This document shows, one piece after another, positions 1 to 10,058 of a DNA stretch of 64,000 nt. Origin of the DNA: a virus (Duplodnaviria; Caudoviricetes); the IMG/VR virus record IMGVR_UViG_3300005989_000004, positions 4,035-68,034 of that record; one strand, given 5' to 3'. Made by a program: the position numbers and the translations under genes. Below the pieces are notes generated by a model. The model searched no databases. It was not told where the DNA came from and worked only from the letters and a program-made list of their open reading frames with translations. Positions within the stretch are counted from its first letter, which is position 1. The number at the start of each line of letters is the position of its first letter.

Positions 1-5
1 AAACA

Positions 6-923
6 ATGACAATTAAAGCTAAGCGTATTTTAAAGAATTTTGATTTCAGTGGTCAGGGTGCGCGAGTGGATCTTGTTTGTAAAGAACAAGGTGGAGCAGC
101 GAATGGTTATACTACCTTAATTTACAAATCAGTAGATAAACTTCCAGACATTGAACAAGATATTGATATTTACAAAGCATTAGAACAAGTGACTGTAAGT
201 ATTAGTATGGAAGAATTTCTTCGTAAGTTCTTTGGTATGTGGTCGGATGATGCCGAGGTGTTAACTAAACTGTTGGGTTTTGAAACAGAGTTTGAAAATT
301 CAATGAAAGATAAATCCTATGATGAATATGACTGGAAAGCAGAACATCAAAAATGGATTGAATCTAAAGTTAGTCAATTCACCATCATGAAGTCAATGAA
401 TTCTGGTGAGCTTAAAACAATTAAAGCATCAGATTTGGAACAGATTGTATCTTTACAAAAATCAATCGAACCTGAAATTTTAAAACATTTTGATCAAAAG
501 GAAAAACTCGTGGAAAAAGAACTGTTAGATCTTAAAGCTAAATTTGAAGTACAGCAAGTTCAAATTGCTGAAATTATGAAAGCTAAAGAAGATGCTGAAA
601 AAGCTCTTGCTGACGCTAAAGCTGAAATTGAACAAGCTAAAGAAGCTGAAATCACTAAAGCATTAGAACTTGAATTGAAAGAGTATATTGCAGATGAAGC
701 ACAATTAGCTCAAGTTGTTAAGTCTGTTAAAGTATTAAAATCTGTTGACGCTGAACAAGCTCAAGCAATGATTGATGTATTGAAATCAAAATCAATCGCT
801 AAAGAAAGTGCTATTGTTGATAGTGGTTTGTTAGATGAACAATCACACAATGCAGTAGTTGTTGAAAAATCCGCTATTAACGTATCAGCGTTGAATGCAA
901 TGTTATCTGCTCAAGTAAAATAA
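6..923 (+). CDS. Putative capsid scaffold / prohead core protein
   Basis: 305 aa; long E/K/A-rich coiled-coil C-terminal half; lies directly before the decoration and capsid genes. Confidence 0.6.
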   Translation: MTIKAKRILKNFDFSGQGARVDLVCKEQGGAANGYTTLIYKSVDKLPDIEQDIDIYKALEQVTVSISMEEFLRKFFGMWSDDAEVLTKLLGFETEFENSMKDKSYDEYDWKAEHQKWIESKVSQFTIMKSMNSGELKTIKASDLEQIVSLQKSIEPEILKHFDQKEKLVEKELLDLKAKFEVQQVQIAEIMKAKEDAEKALADAKAEIEQAKEAEITKALELELKEYIADEAQLAQVVKSVKVLKSVDAEQAQAMIDVLKSKSIAKESAIVDSGLLDEQSHNAVVVEKSAINVSALNAMLSAQVK

Positions 924-942
924 TAATAAGGAATAAATAATA

Positions 943-1443
943 ATGGCTATTATCGCTACATCACAACCTTTCCTGTCTGAAGTCTTAATGTCAGATAGTC
1001 AATCATTAGTTCACGATCACAACTACGCTACTGTAAATTTACGTGAAGCTGCTGACACTACTATCTCTCTTGGTAGTTTAGTTTATTGGGATAACGCTAC
1101 TAGCGCTTTCCGTACACTGAAAAACACCGACTTCACTAACGATACCACCCTTACTGCTCCTGCTGGTGTATCTAGCTTACCAAACGGCGCTGCTATCGGT
1201 GTTGTGGTTGGTTTTAACGGTTCTCTTGGTGGTGAATACTCTCAAGTGGTCGGCACTACTAACGTTCGTGCTGCTGTACTTTTCCGTGGCTTAGCTGCTG
1301 TTAAACGCACTGGTTTAGTATTTGACGCTGGTGTAGTTGCTGCTCGTCGTAACACTGTTGCTCGCCTGTTAGAACAAGTTGACATTGATGTTAAAGACGT
1401 TGCTGCTAAAGTTACCAACTCATTATACGGCTACGCTGGTTAA
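943..1443 (+). CDS. Head decoration (capsid cement) protein
   Basis: 166 aa, AAGGA RBS, highly expressed codon style, position between scaffold and major capsid as for lambda gpD. Confidence 0.65.
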   Translation: MAIIATSQPFLSEVLMSDSQSLVHDHNYATVNLREAADTTISLGSLVYWDNATSAFRTLKNTDFTNDTTLTAPAGVSSLPNGAAIGVVVGFNGSLGGEYSQVVGTTNVRAAVLFRGLAAVKRTGLVFDAGVVAARRNTVARLLEQVDIDVKDVAAKVTNSLYGYAG

Positions 1444-1454
1444 TAATAAATTTA

Positions 1455-1474
1455 ATGCCGCTTATTGGCGGCAT
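1455..1474 (+). other. Intercistronic hairpin ATGCCGC-N6-GCGGCAT
   Basis: 7-bp perfect stem with no U-tract, between decoration and capsid genes. Confidence 0.45.
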
Positions 1475-1507
1475 ACATCATATAATTAGAATAAGGAATA
1501 ATAAGTA

Positions 1508-2608
1508 ATGTCATTAAAAATTCAAACTGGCATGGGTGCTGGTAGTGTAGAAATCACTAAATCGTTAGTTCGTGACTTAGGTAATCTTAACGGTCTGCAT
1601 GATATGACCTCTGGTGTTGCACAACGTCAACCTGTTCCACAATTACTGACTCAAATCTTTGTATCTCAAAAAGATGAAGTTTATTTACAGACCAATACTT
1701 TTGAACATGATTACACTCGTTATGTTCAAGCTATGCCTTCTGATAAACCTTACAGTGAGCGTGGTCTGGTAATTAATGCTCGTCCAGAAACCAAAACCCA
1801 CTTGTTCAAAGTTCCATCGGTAGGTATGAACGCTCACATTCGTCCATTAGATGTGTTGCGTCGTCGTAAGCCTAACACTGGTAACGAATTAGAACAGAAA
1901 GAAGCTGTAATCTTAGAAGATATTGCTTCTATGATGAAAGGTTGGGACTTGTATGCTGAGAAAGCGTTGGCTCACGTAATCTCTACTGGTTCTCTGTACG
2001 TTCCTAATGCTACTGTTCCTGCTGTAGATTTCTACCAAGAATATCTGTCTATTCCAGCAGCTTCTCGCCCAACAGTAGATTACAAACTTGGTACTACTGC
2101 TGAACATCCAAAAGAAGCTGGTGAAGAAGCTCGCCGTCGTATTCTGGACAACTTACAAGAAGGTCAATCAGTAAGCGGCTTCGTAGCTATCTGTGGTCGC
2201 ACATTCTTCAAACGCTTAACTGACCATCCAAAATGGACTCAGCGTATGACTGATGGTGCTGGCTTAAATGGTCAAGATCCATTCATCAAGCGTTTCGAGA
2301 ACTACAAAGAGCAGTACCGTATGGTTCGTTTTGCTGATGATATTGTTTACATTGAATACGCTGGTGTAATTGGTGGTACTCCACTGATTGCTGATAACGA
2401 ATGTTTCATCATCCCAGTTGGTACTTCATTGTTCCGTAAAGTGTATGCACCCGCAGAAACCAACACTTACGTAAACACTCTGGCTCAGAAAGAATATCTG
2501 TGGCGCTTTGATTCTGAATTTGACGGCACTAAGTTGTTCTCTGAATCTAACCACGGTTTATTCATGATCAACCCAGCGCTGGTAGTCAAAGGTATTACTT
2601 CTAACTAA
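1508..2608 (+). CDS. Major capsid protein (lambda gpE-like HK97 fold)
   Basis: 366 aa; typical size, position and C-terminal ESNHGLFMINPALVVK-type ending; followed by a strong terminator. Confidence 0.88.
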   Translation: MSLKIQTGMGAGSVEITKSLVRDLGNLNGLHDMTSGVAQRQPVPQLLTQIFVSQKDEVYLQTNTFEHDYTRYVQAMPSDKPYSERGLVINARPETKTHLFKVPSVGMNAHIRPLDVLRRRKPNTGNELEQKEAVILEDIASMMKGWDLYAEKALAHVISTGSLYVPNATVPAVDFYQEYLSIPAASRPTVDYKLGTTAEHPKEAGEEARRRILDNLQEGQSVSGFVAICGRTFFKRLTDHPKWTQRMTDGAGLNGQDPFIKRFENYKEQYRMVRFADDIVYIEYAGVIGGTPLIADNECFIIPVGTSLFRKVYAPAETNTYVNTLAQKEYLWRFDSEFDGTKLFSESNHGLFMINPALVVKGITSN

Positions 2609-2648
2609 GCATTACTTCTAAGTAGTGCTTCTACTAACATTCTAATAG

Positions 2649-2679
2649 AAGCCCCATGCGTTTTGCTGGGGCTTTTTTG
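2649..2679 (+). terminator. Rho-independent terminator after major capsid gene
   Basis: AAGCCCCA...TGGGGCTT stem followed by TTTTTT. Confidence 0.85.
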
Positions 2680-2717
2680 TTGCCTAATAATAGATAGATT
2701 CAATTAGGAGAATTAAA

Positions 2718-3182
2718 TTGATTAGTGTAGATTTCAGTCAGCCAGTAGATAGAATACGTGTTAATATTGGTGATCCAGATAAGCTGATAGTTGATGATAA
2801 TACAATCACATCATGCTTAGCTACATACGGAAATAATGTATACGATACCACAATCATTCTTATGAATATGATATTAGCTAAAATATCTTTAGAGGCTGAT
2901 AGAACTCGTGAGGGTGAAGTTGAGATGTATTTCACCAACTTATATAAAAACTACAAAGACCGCCTGAACGAATATAAAAAGAATGGCGATAAGATCCCAT
3001 CAAAAGGTAAAGGTGTTGGTATTATCATTGGTGGAACTAACGTTAAAGATAAAGTTAGAATTGCATCCAACTTAGAATACTTCAACCCTTACGATCTGAA
3101 TGAATGGCATAATATGATGTTATCTAGTGGTGATAAGTTTTATGTAGACTTTATGAACCAACCACTACGTTATTCCATCTAA
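2718..3182 (+). CDS. Head-tail connector/adaptor protein
   Basis: 154 aa, RxxIGD motif near N-terminus, first gene after capsid. Confidence 0.55.
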   Translation: MISVDFSQPVDRIRVNIGDPDKLIVDDNTITSCLATYGNNVYDTTIILMNMILAKISLEADRTREGEVEMYFTNLYKNYKDRLNEYKKNGDKIPSKGKGVGIIIGGTNVKDKVRIASNLEYFNPYDLNEWHNMMLSSGDKFYVDFMNQPLRYSI

Positions 3183-3191
3183 GGGTTTATT

Positions 3192-3710
3192 GTGAAATTT
3201 AAAAGTCAATTAAAATCTAAGTTAACGTCAGATACGACATCAATAACAAGGATGATTGAACGATTAAAAGCTATAGACAATAACATTATTGAATACGGAT
3301 ACTACGATGACCAATATCATAGTAGCGGTAAGTTGTCTATGTCACACATTGCTTATATTCATAATTATGGTGATGATAGTAGTAATATCCCAGCACGCCC
3401 ATTCATGGATCAAACTAATGATAAATTAACAATTGATTATCAAGTTAAGAATGAATGGAAAAATGATTTGTGGGATTATCTTTCAGATAAAAAAGGTAAG
3501 AGTGTTAATATCCGCACTCTGTACACAAAGTTTGCTAGAGAAGCAGTTGATACAATTCCGTTAGTTATTGATGCTCAAAACTTTCTACCATTATCCCCAT
3601 CTTGGGAAGCATATAAAGTTAAAACATACGGTCAATCATTCATTCTTATTGAGTCAAGAGATTTATATGAATTGGCAGAATATAACATAATTAAGAATGA
3701 GGTGGTGTAG
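3192..3710 (+). CDS. Neck / tail-completion protein
   Basis: 172 aa with H(N)YG...IPARPFM motif typical of phage virion morphogenesis proteins. Confidence 0.55.
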   Translation: MKFKSQLKSKLTSDTTSITRMIERLKAIDNNIIEYGYYDDQYHSSGKLSMSHIAYIHNYGDDSSNIPARPFMDQTNDKLTIDYQVKNEWKNDLWDYLSDKKGKSVNIRTLYTKFAREAVDTIPLVIDAQNFLPLSPSWEAYKVKTYGQSFILIESRDLYELAEYNIIKNEVV

Positions 3711-4075
3711 TGATAGGAAAGAAAAGCTCATTCTTCTCACGTTTCAAATTAAAAGGTAGACGTGTTGAAGAAACATTAGATGATTTTAGTAGACCAATTT
3801 CCATCACAACTACAGAGTTTGATGTATTAGATTGCACAATACAACCAGTAACAGGTAATGATTTGTTAGCTCTTGGTGAAGGTTTTAGAACTAAATCAGT
3901 GTATGCAATATTTACATCAACTCTAATATTTGAAGGTGATAACACCAACAGAAAGCCTGATGAAATAGAAATCTATTCTAAATGGTATCGTGTTGCTAGG
4001 GTGGAAATATGGCAAAATGGTGTAGCATCTCATTACAAATGTATTTGTGTTGAGAAAGATTTAGGATTGTTGTAA
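3710..4075 (+). CDS. Head closure (stopper) protein
   Basis: 121 aa, IQPVTGNDLLALGEG motif, neck module position. Confidence 0.55.
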   Translation: MIGKKSSFFSRFKLKGRRVEETLDDFSRPISITTTEFDVLDCTIQPVTGNDLLALGEGFRTKSVYAIFTSTLIFEGDNTNRKPDEIEIYSKWYRVARVEIWQNGVASHYKCICVEKDLGLL

Positions 4076-5127
4076 TGACATATTTTTATACAGACACAAA
4101 TGACATAGATATTGTATTACAGGGTAATTTTCCTTCAAGTTTAATAATCAAGAAGTTTGTTGTTGAGTTTGGGGATGAGATTGTTTTATCAAATTATTTT
4201 ACAGGGGATATTGTTACATCCCAAGCTGGTGTTCACATATACCAAAACTACCCAAGCAATAATTCCTATTTAAAATTTGACCCTAGCAATGGGCTAAATC
4301 AATCTAGTTTGTGGACAACTTTGAACCTTGGTGGGAGACAATTATCTAGCGGTTTTACTGTTGTTAATAACCCAGATAACAGTTTCGGTGACGATTATAA
4401 AATACCAATACCGTTGTATGTTAGTAATGATTCTTTTGAACATGCTTTTTTAGAAAAAGGTGTTTTAATTCCAACAGGAAACATCTACACTAGACAAGAT
4501 ATTCAATCAGCAGCGTCAACGTTCTATCATGTCCCTAGTTTGAATTTATCAACTTACGCCCCTAGTAATTTTAGTTCAATAAGGGTTGTCGATAGTTCTA
4601 GTTTTGTTACATCAACAGTAGGTGCTGTTAATAATTCAACACCCGTCATGGCCTCAGAATTTAATGGAAAACTTTTCATAGGCTATGGTGATAAGTACTC
4701 CATCTTTGACAACCAGACTAAAACTAATTCAATATACAACATGCCTAGTGGTCAAACTGTTTGGCAGATGTATAGGGTTGGTGAAAAGTATATTGCTAGT
4801 AAAAGTGCTGGCACATTTTACATTGTAGAAAGTAATGGTGATAATATCTCGCAAGGTGCGGATATATCATTACCTTGTACAACAGGGTCTAATAGATTCT
4901 TCAGATATGACAGGTGGAGTTTTTACTTACATTACATTAGCGGTAACAACAACAATTCTCCATTGTATATTATAGATGACGATTTGAACATAACCACAGT
5001 ACCTAATTTTGCTAAATACAGATGTAGTATTTTAGGTGGGTGTACAATAAATGAAGATATATACTTATTCTACATAAACCAAGGCAATAACCTTCTTGCT
5101 AGAAAAATAGGTAAGGTAGTATATTAA
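4075..5127 (+). CDS. Hypothetical beta-rich protein inserted in the neck module
   Basis: 350-aa ORF coupled to the previous stop (TAATG); rich in N/S/Y/T; no recognised motif. Confidence 0.7.
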   Translation: MTYFYTDTNDIDIVLQGNFPSSLIIKKFVVEFGDEIVLSNYFTGDIVTSQAGVHIYQNYPSNNSYLKFDPSNGLNQSSLWTTLNLGGRQLSSGFTVVNNPDNSFGDDYKIPIPLYVSNDSFEHAFLEKGVLIPTGNIYTRQDIQSAASTFYHVPSLNLSTYAPSNFSSIRVVDSSSFVTSTVGAVNNSTPVMASEFNGKLFIGYGDKYSIFDNQTKTNSIYNMPSGQTVWQMYRVGEKYIASKSAGTFYIVESNGDNISQGADISLPCTTGSNRFFRYDRWSFYLHYISGNNNNSPLYIIDDDLNITTVPNFAKYRCSILGGCTINEDIYLFYINQGNNLLARKIGKVVY

Positions 5128-5131
5128 ATTG

Positions 5132-5159
5132 TTGACATTAACTGTAAAAGGTGTATATT
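5132..5159 (+). promoter_or_regulatory. sigma70-type promoter upstream of tail terminator gene
   Basis: TTGACA-N16-TATATT. Confidence 0.6.
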
Positions 5160-5729
5160 AAAATGAATAATACCCTAGAACTTGCAGTTGCTGATTTAGA
5201 ATTAAAAATCAAAGGAATTATAACAGACACTGTTAATCTTCCAGTAACTATAAGAAATCAATCTAACCAAAAACCAGCAACACCTTACGTTGAATTATAT
5301 TTTAATGAATATAGTGAAGTGGGAAAAGGTGTTGTTAATTCTAAAGCTGGTGATTATGACACTACATCAAAAGAATATGAGGTGTATGTTGAAATCACTT
5401 GCTACAGAACTAAAGACCCCTCTATTACGCTAAGTAATATCTTAAACGTTCTCTCTACATCGAGAGCTTCTTATTTTAAACACTTCGACGATCAACAAGC
5501 GTCTTTCTTACGTGCGTCTAGCGTTATCCGCAGAGATATTCCTATTGATAAAGTTCAGATTGAACAACGTTCCAGAATGACTTGTGTGTTTAGCATTGTT
5601 GTTAATGAGAAAGTGGAAACTGTAGCAGATTTAGGTATCAAGACTGTGCAGTTTGGTACTCCCGCAAACGGTGGCGTGATTGTTCATGCTGAAACAGAAC
5701 TTAAATGGTATCAAGAAATTTCGTATTAG
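5151..5729 (+). CDS. Tail terminator / sheath-stabilising protein (ATG start probably 5163)
   Basis: 192 aa, PxxPY motif, directly before sheath. Confidence 0.6.
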   Translation: MYIKMNNTLELAVADLELKIKGIITDTVNLPVTIRNQSNQKPATPYVELYFNEYSEVGKGVVNSKAGDYDTTSKEYEVYVEITCYRTKDPSITLSNILNVLSTSRASYFKHFDDQQASFLRASSVIRRDIPIDKVQIEQRSRMTCVFSIVVNEKVETVADLGIKTVQFGTPANGGVIVHAETELKWYQEISY

Positions 5730-5755
5730 AAATCTCAATAATAAAGGAAAAATAA

Positions 5756-6814
5756 ATGGCTGTTGAAATTGATTCAATTGTTGATGTTGGTGTTAGTCTT
5801 GGTGGTGCGCCTGTAAGCGCAGCTAGCTTCGCTACAGCGGCTTATCTCGCTGACCTTACTGACGTTGCCTTTCCAGACGCATATCGCGTCTACACCTCTC
5901 TGGATGGCGTTAAAGTTGATTTTGCAGAATCATCTAAAACTTATAAATTTGCACTAGCTTTATTCAGTGGTAAATTCCGTCCAGAAAGTTTATATGTAAT
6001 TAAATATCGTACAGCAGGTACTGTATTAACCGCAACAAATGCTTTATCTGCTGTCCGTATCTTAGACACTAAACCATACTGGATTGCTAGTGATACTCGT
6101 GTTGACGCAACAATCACTGCTTTAGCATCTTACTGTGAAGCTGAGAAATTAATGTTTGTCACTGCAACACAACAAGTAGGTGCATTAGTTCCAGCCACCA
6201 CTACAGACATTATCAGTGTATTAAAAGCTGCTGGTGTTGATCACTCGTTCTGTTTGTATTCTGGTGATGCTGATAACTCTCAAGCTGAAGGTGCTGTAAT
6301 TGGTGCTATTGCTGGATTGGAAGCTGGTACAACAACATTAGAATTCAAAACTCTGATGGGGATTGTTGCTGATAATTTAAATGATACACAAGTTACATCA
6401 TTACTATCTAAGAATGGCGCACACTATCAGTCTACTGCTGGTGTGAATTGTTTATATAATTCAAAAGTAGCATCAGGTCAATTTATTGATACTATCGTTT
6501 TTGCTGATTGGTTGAAAGCTCGTCTTGGTGAAAGTATCTTTGGTATGCTGAAACGTGAGTCTGATAGTGGTCGTAAAGTTAACATGGATGAGTCAGGTTT
6601 TGCTAAAATCAAATCTGCAATCAGTGAAGTGTTATCTTATGGTAAATTGGTTGGTAGTATTTCTGCTGATATGGAACCTGTGATCCGCATTCCTAAGCGT
6701 GAAGATATTCCAACAAATGACCGCGCAAATCGTATTCTACCAAATGTTGTGGTTGAATTGTTATACACCAATGGCGTACACAAAGTTAAAGTACGCGCAT
6801 TCGTAACTATCTAA
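5756..6814 (+). CDS. Contractile tail sheath protein (DUF3383-like)
   Basis: 352 aa; IDSIVDVGV N-terminus, FIDTIVFADWLKARL motif, followed by tube gene. Confidence 0.85.
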   Translation: MAVEIDSIVDVGVSLGGAPVSAASFATAAYLADLTDVAFPDAYRVYTSLDGVKVDFAESSKTYKFALALFSGKFRPESLYVIKYRTAGTVLTATNALSAVRILDTKPYWIASDTRVDATITALASYCEAEKLMFVTATQQVGALVPATTTDIISVLKAAGVDHSFCLYSGDADNSQAEGAVIGAIAGLEAGTTTLEFKTLMGIVADNLNDTQVTSLLSKNGAHYQSTAGVNCLYNSKVASGQFIDTIVFADWLKARLGESIFGMLKRESDSGRKVNMDESGFAKIKSAISEVLSYGKLVGSISADMEPVIRIPKREDIPTNDRANRILPNVVVELLYTNGVHKVKVRAFVTI

Positions 6815-6827
6815 TAGGAGATAATTA

Positions 6828-7301
6828 ATGTCGATGTTAAAATCTTTCGATCCTAAAACAGTTACACTAAACGTTGCAGGTATTACATTTTCTGGCTTTG
6901 GTGATAATATGTTAACTATTGACCGAGCTAATGGTGTAACAACTACCACTGTTGGTGTTAAGGGTGACATTTCTGTTAACGTAGATGCTCGTTATAATGG
7001 CACTTTATCGTTTACTTTATTACACAATGCGCCAGACAATAATGTGATGTATGCCTTAGTTAAATCGTATGAATTAGGTCAAACACCATTCTTCCCTGTA
7101 TTCATGGAAGATCCAAGCGGTGCCACTATTTCAACTACAGGGTGGATTGAAACTCAACCATCTTATTCTGTTGGTGCTGAAACAGGTAGTTTGGAATGGG
7201 TGGTTGGATTAGCTGATGCTCGTCTATTCCCTAACGCTGAAATTTCTATTGCTAATGTATTATCTGGTGTAGCTAAGTCTGCATTACAGGGGATTTTCTA
7301 A
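6828..7301 (+). CDS. Tail tube protein (DUF3277-like)
   Basis: 157 aa; FDPKTVTLNVAGITFSGF...VGVKG motif; position after sheath. Confidence 0.8.
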   Translation: MSMLKSFDPKTVTLNVAGITFSGFGDNMLTIDRANGVTTTTVGVKGDISVNVDARYNGTLSFTLLHNAPDNNVMYALVKSYELGQTPFFPVFMEDPSGATISTTGWIETQPSYSVGAETGSLEWVVGLADARLFPNAEISIANVLSGVAKSALQGIF

Positions 7302-7391
7302 GAAGATTCTAAAGTAATAGAATATTAGTTTCATGTGTCACAAGGATGTGACCTCTAATTATAACAAGGATGTATGTTTTGAGAAATAAGG

Positions 7392-7841
7392 ATGATAAAC
7401 ATGAATCAAATTGAAGAACGTTTTTCCGTAGCTGGAAAGAATTTTATTAGTAAGAAATGGCCTACACGCAGTAAAGCATTCCGTAACCTGCCAATCATCG
7501 GTAAACATTTTGCTGTACCAATCTCTATGATCATGGCTAGTCGTAGTGAAGATGAATTACAGGAAAAGATCCCAACAGCATTATACATGTTGTTTGAACA
7601 ATTAGAAGATAGTGATAGCACTGTTCTGATTGATACAATTTTAGAAGATGTTACAATTAATGATATTGCCAATGGTCTTGGTTATCGTAAATTAGATGTA
7701 GATAATGATATTGATGACATTGCTGACTTATTAGATTTGTTAGCTTTAGTGTTGCGTCAACAATATGGAAAACTGATTGAGGGAAAGTCTTTCGGGAACC
7801 TGCTTCAAGTGATGATTCCTCTAGCTCAGGCGACGGCATAA
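7392..7841 (+). CDS. Tail assembly chaperone (lambda G-like)
   Basis: 149 aa between tube and tape measure; contains GGGAAAG slippery site at 7781-7787. Confidence 0.78.
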   Translation: MINMNQIEERFSVAGKNFISKKWPTRSKAFRNLPIIGKHFAVPISMIMASRSEDELQEKIPTALYMLFEQLEDSDSTVLIDTILEDVTINDIANGLGYRKLDVDNDIDDIADLLDLLALVLRQQYGKLIEGKSFGNLLQVMIPLAQATA

Positions 7842-8068
7842 GCAAAGAAGCTCTTGCGTGGGTTGAAGCTAAGTCTACATTATCAGCATTAGATAGAATG
7901 TACATGAGAGTGGTAATAGACGGCAGAGTAGATCCAATCTCATTAGAAATGATGGGGTTGGATTTTTTGTTTGATATGCACGAATATTTAGATGTACAAA
8001 GCTATTTGGAAAAAGATGTTAGAAAGGTTGCCGAAAGAAAATCTAAAAAGAAAGAGCGAGGCAAGTAA
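7781..8068 (+). CDS. -1 frameshift extension of the tail assembly chaperone (G-T-like product ~225 aa)
   Basis: G-GGA-AAG read in frame as E-G-K; the -1 frame stays open (KVFREPASSDDS...KKKERGK) to TAA 8066-8068, abutting the tape measure ATG at 8069; absent from the ORF track. Confidence 0.85.
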   Translation, partial: GKVFREPASSDDSSSSGDGISKEALAWVEAKSTLSALDRMYMRVVIDGRVDPISLEMMGLDFLFDMHEYLDVQSYLEKDVRKVAERKSKKKERGK

Positions 8069-10048
8069 ATGACGAATAATGTAGTTGCTGGTAAGGTTGT
8101 CAATCAGATAGAGTTTAATATTGACAACCAATCTTGGAAGAATTTGAACAGGTTCCAACAACGAATCAAAGGATTAAAAGAACAACTCAAAGGGTTGAAT
8201 GGTAGTTTTGTTGTAACAGGTAAGATTGAAAAGTTCACTCGTGCTGTTGTTAAGAGTGAGGAAAAGATTGCTAAGGCTAGAACTAAAGCAGTTAGTGATG
8301 AAGTTAAAGCTCAACGTGAATTAAATAAATTACACGCTGAAGCCAATCGCATGAACCGTAGTTATGATTATGGCAAACGTAAACAATTACGTGAAGCTAG
8401 TCAGATGCACCAGCTTGCATTACGAATGAATCGTGACTTTGACCAACAGCGTAAAAAGCGTCAGGCTGAAATAAATAGAGCGCATGGTGAGGCTCTACGA
8501 ATGAATAAAGCTATGTCTGCTGGTAGTGGTGGTACAGTAAAACAATCCCGCGCTGAATTAGCAGCAGATCGTTTGAGTGAAGATCATCGCAAAGCAGAAT
8601 TACGATTAGCTCAAGTTAGAGCGCCAGAAAGTGTTGTTGCTAGCACAAAACAAAGTATCACAAATTTAAACAAAGTATTTTCTGATGGGAATATTACATT
8701 ACGTAAATATAATGCTGAATTGAATTTGTTGATTGGCGCACAGCAAAGAGCTATCCGGCATAATAGAATGATGAGTACATCATTTAGTGATATTCGTAAT
8801 TCAATTGTAGCAGCCACAGCGAGCTTTACAGCGTATGCAGCAGCAGTCAATATCTATACAGAGGGTAAGGAGTTAGAATCTGTTAGGGCCGGTATGGCGT
8901 TGTTTGCTGGCAATGATATTGCTGTAGAAGATAATATGGAATTTATTCGCCAAGCATCTATGGATATTGGTGTTAACTTTTTAGAAGCGGCTAAGAACTT
9001 TTCCAAATTTCAAATTGTTGCACGTAATAGTATGTCTCAACAACAGTCTAGAGAATTGTTTTTGGGGATTAGTGAATATGCTCGTGTTACTGGTGCAACA
9101 TCTCAACAACAAGGTAGAGCATTCTATGCTTTGCAGCAGATGATGAGTAAAGGTAAAGTTAGTAGCGAAGAGCTTAGACAACAGCTATCAGAACAATTAG
9201 TGGGTAGCTTTGATATATTCGTAAAAGCGTCAGGACTGACATCACAAGAATTCAGTAAACAAATGGAACAAGGTAATATCTTAGCAAAAGATATTCTACC
9301 AAAAGTTGCTGAAGAATATAGACGTGTTGCTAGAGAAAATGGTGCTTTAGCTAAAGCAATGGAAAAGGTTGCGGCACAAGAAGAAAGATTTAGAACAGCA
9401 CTCACCACAGCCAAAGACACAATATTCAGAGATGGATTTGGTGACGGTATGGCTAGATTCTTCCGTCAATCAGCAGATATGTTATCGACAATGAAACCAT
9501 TCTTTACGTTCATGGGTGGATTCATGGGTGGTATGATGGATGTATTCAAAGGTATTACAACTGTTATTGGTGGCGCATTCCAAGGCTTAGCAAAACTGTT
9601 AGGATTGATGGATAATCAAACAATTGAAAATGTTGGTAGATTATTTGGTACTGCGGGTGGATTGGCTTTAGGCGCATTAGTTGTTTGGAAGATTGGCAAG
9701 GCAGCTAGATATGCGGCTACAGCTTTCGCTATGATGAATTTATCCATGAAAGCAGTTGCAGCCACAGCACTCAGAATTGTTGCACCATTCTTAATCCTAG
9801 AAGATATTATTGTTGGATTACAGGGTGGTAAGAGTGTTTCTGGTGGAGTGTTCAACACTATGCAGGAATACAAAGCTCGTGGTGATCTTACGGGTAATCT
9901 AGCTAACGCTTTCCCTGTTGCTGCTATGGCTGCGCAAGGTGTTACCAAAATCATTGTAGAAGTTAAAGATTCTGAATGGTCTAAATCAATCAAAGCTACC
10001 GTTGCTGATACAATAGATAGTATTTCAACAAGTTTATTAGCAGAATAA
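8069..10048 (+). CDS. Tape measure protein
   Basis: 659 aa, helical and Ala-rich; QMMSKGKVSSEELRQQLSE tape-measure motif. Confidence 0.9.
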   Translation: MTNNVVAGKVVNQIEFNIDNQSWKNLNRFQQRIKGLKEQLKGLNGSFVVTGKIEKFTRAVVKSEEKIAKARTKAVSDEVKAQRELNKLHAEANRMNRSYDYGKRKQLREASQMHQLALRMNRDFDQQRKKRQAEINRAHGEALRMNKAMSAGSGGTVKQSRAELAADRLSEDHRKAELRLAQVRAPESVVASTKQSITNLNKVFSDGNITLRKYNAELNLLIGAQQRAIRHNRMMSTSFSDIRNSIVAATASFTAYAAAVNIYTEGKELESVRAGMALFAGNDIAVEDNMEFIRQASMDIGVNFLEAAKNFSKFQIVARNSMSQQQSRELFLGISEYARVTGATSQQQGRAFYALQQMMSKGKVSSEELRQQLSEQLVGSFDIFVKASGLTSQEFSKQMEQGNILAKDILPKVAEEYRRVARENGALAKAMEKVAAQEERFRTALTTAKDTIFRDGFGDGMARFFRQSADMLSTMKPFFTFMGGFMGGMMDVFKGITTVIGGAFQGLAKLLGLMDNQTIENVGRLFGTAGGLALGALVVWKIGKAARYAATAFAMMNLSMKAVAATALRIVAPFLILEDIIVGLQGGKSVSGGVFNTMQEYKARGDLTGNLANAFPVAAMAAQGVTKIIVEVKDSEWSKSIKATVADTIDSISTSLLAE

Positions 10049-10058
10049 AGGATATTAC

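Noticed and set aside
2595-2645. Four TTCTA motifs after the capsid stop (also TTCTAA twice at 7296-7312) as a late-promoter or operator motif
   Set aside because: Irregular spacing (17, 13, 11 nt), short AT-rich word, partly explained by a small hairpin; not enough evidence
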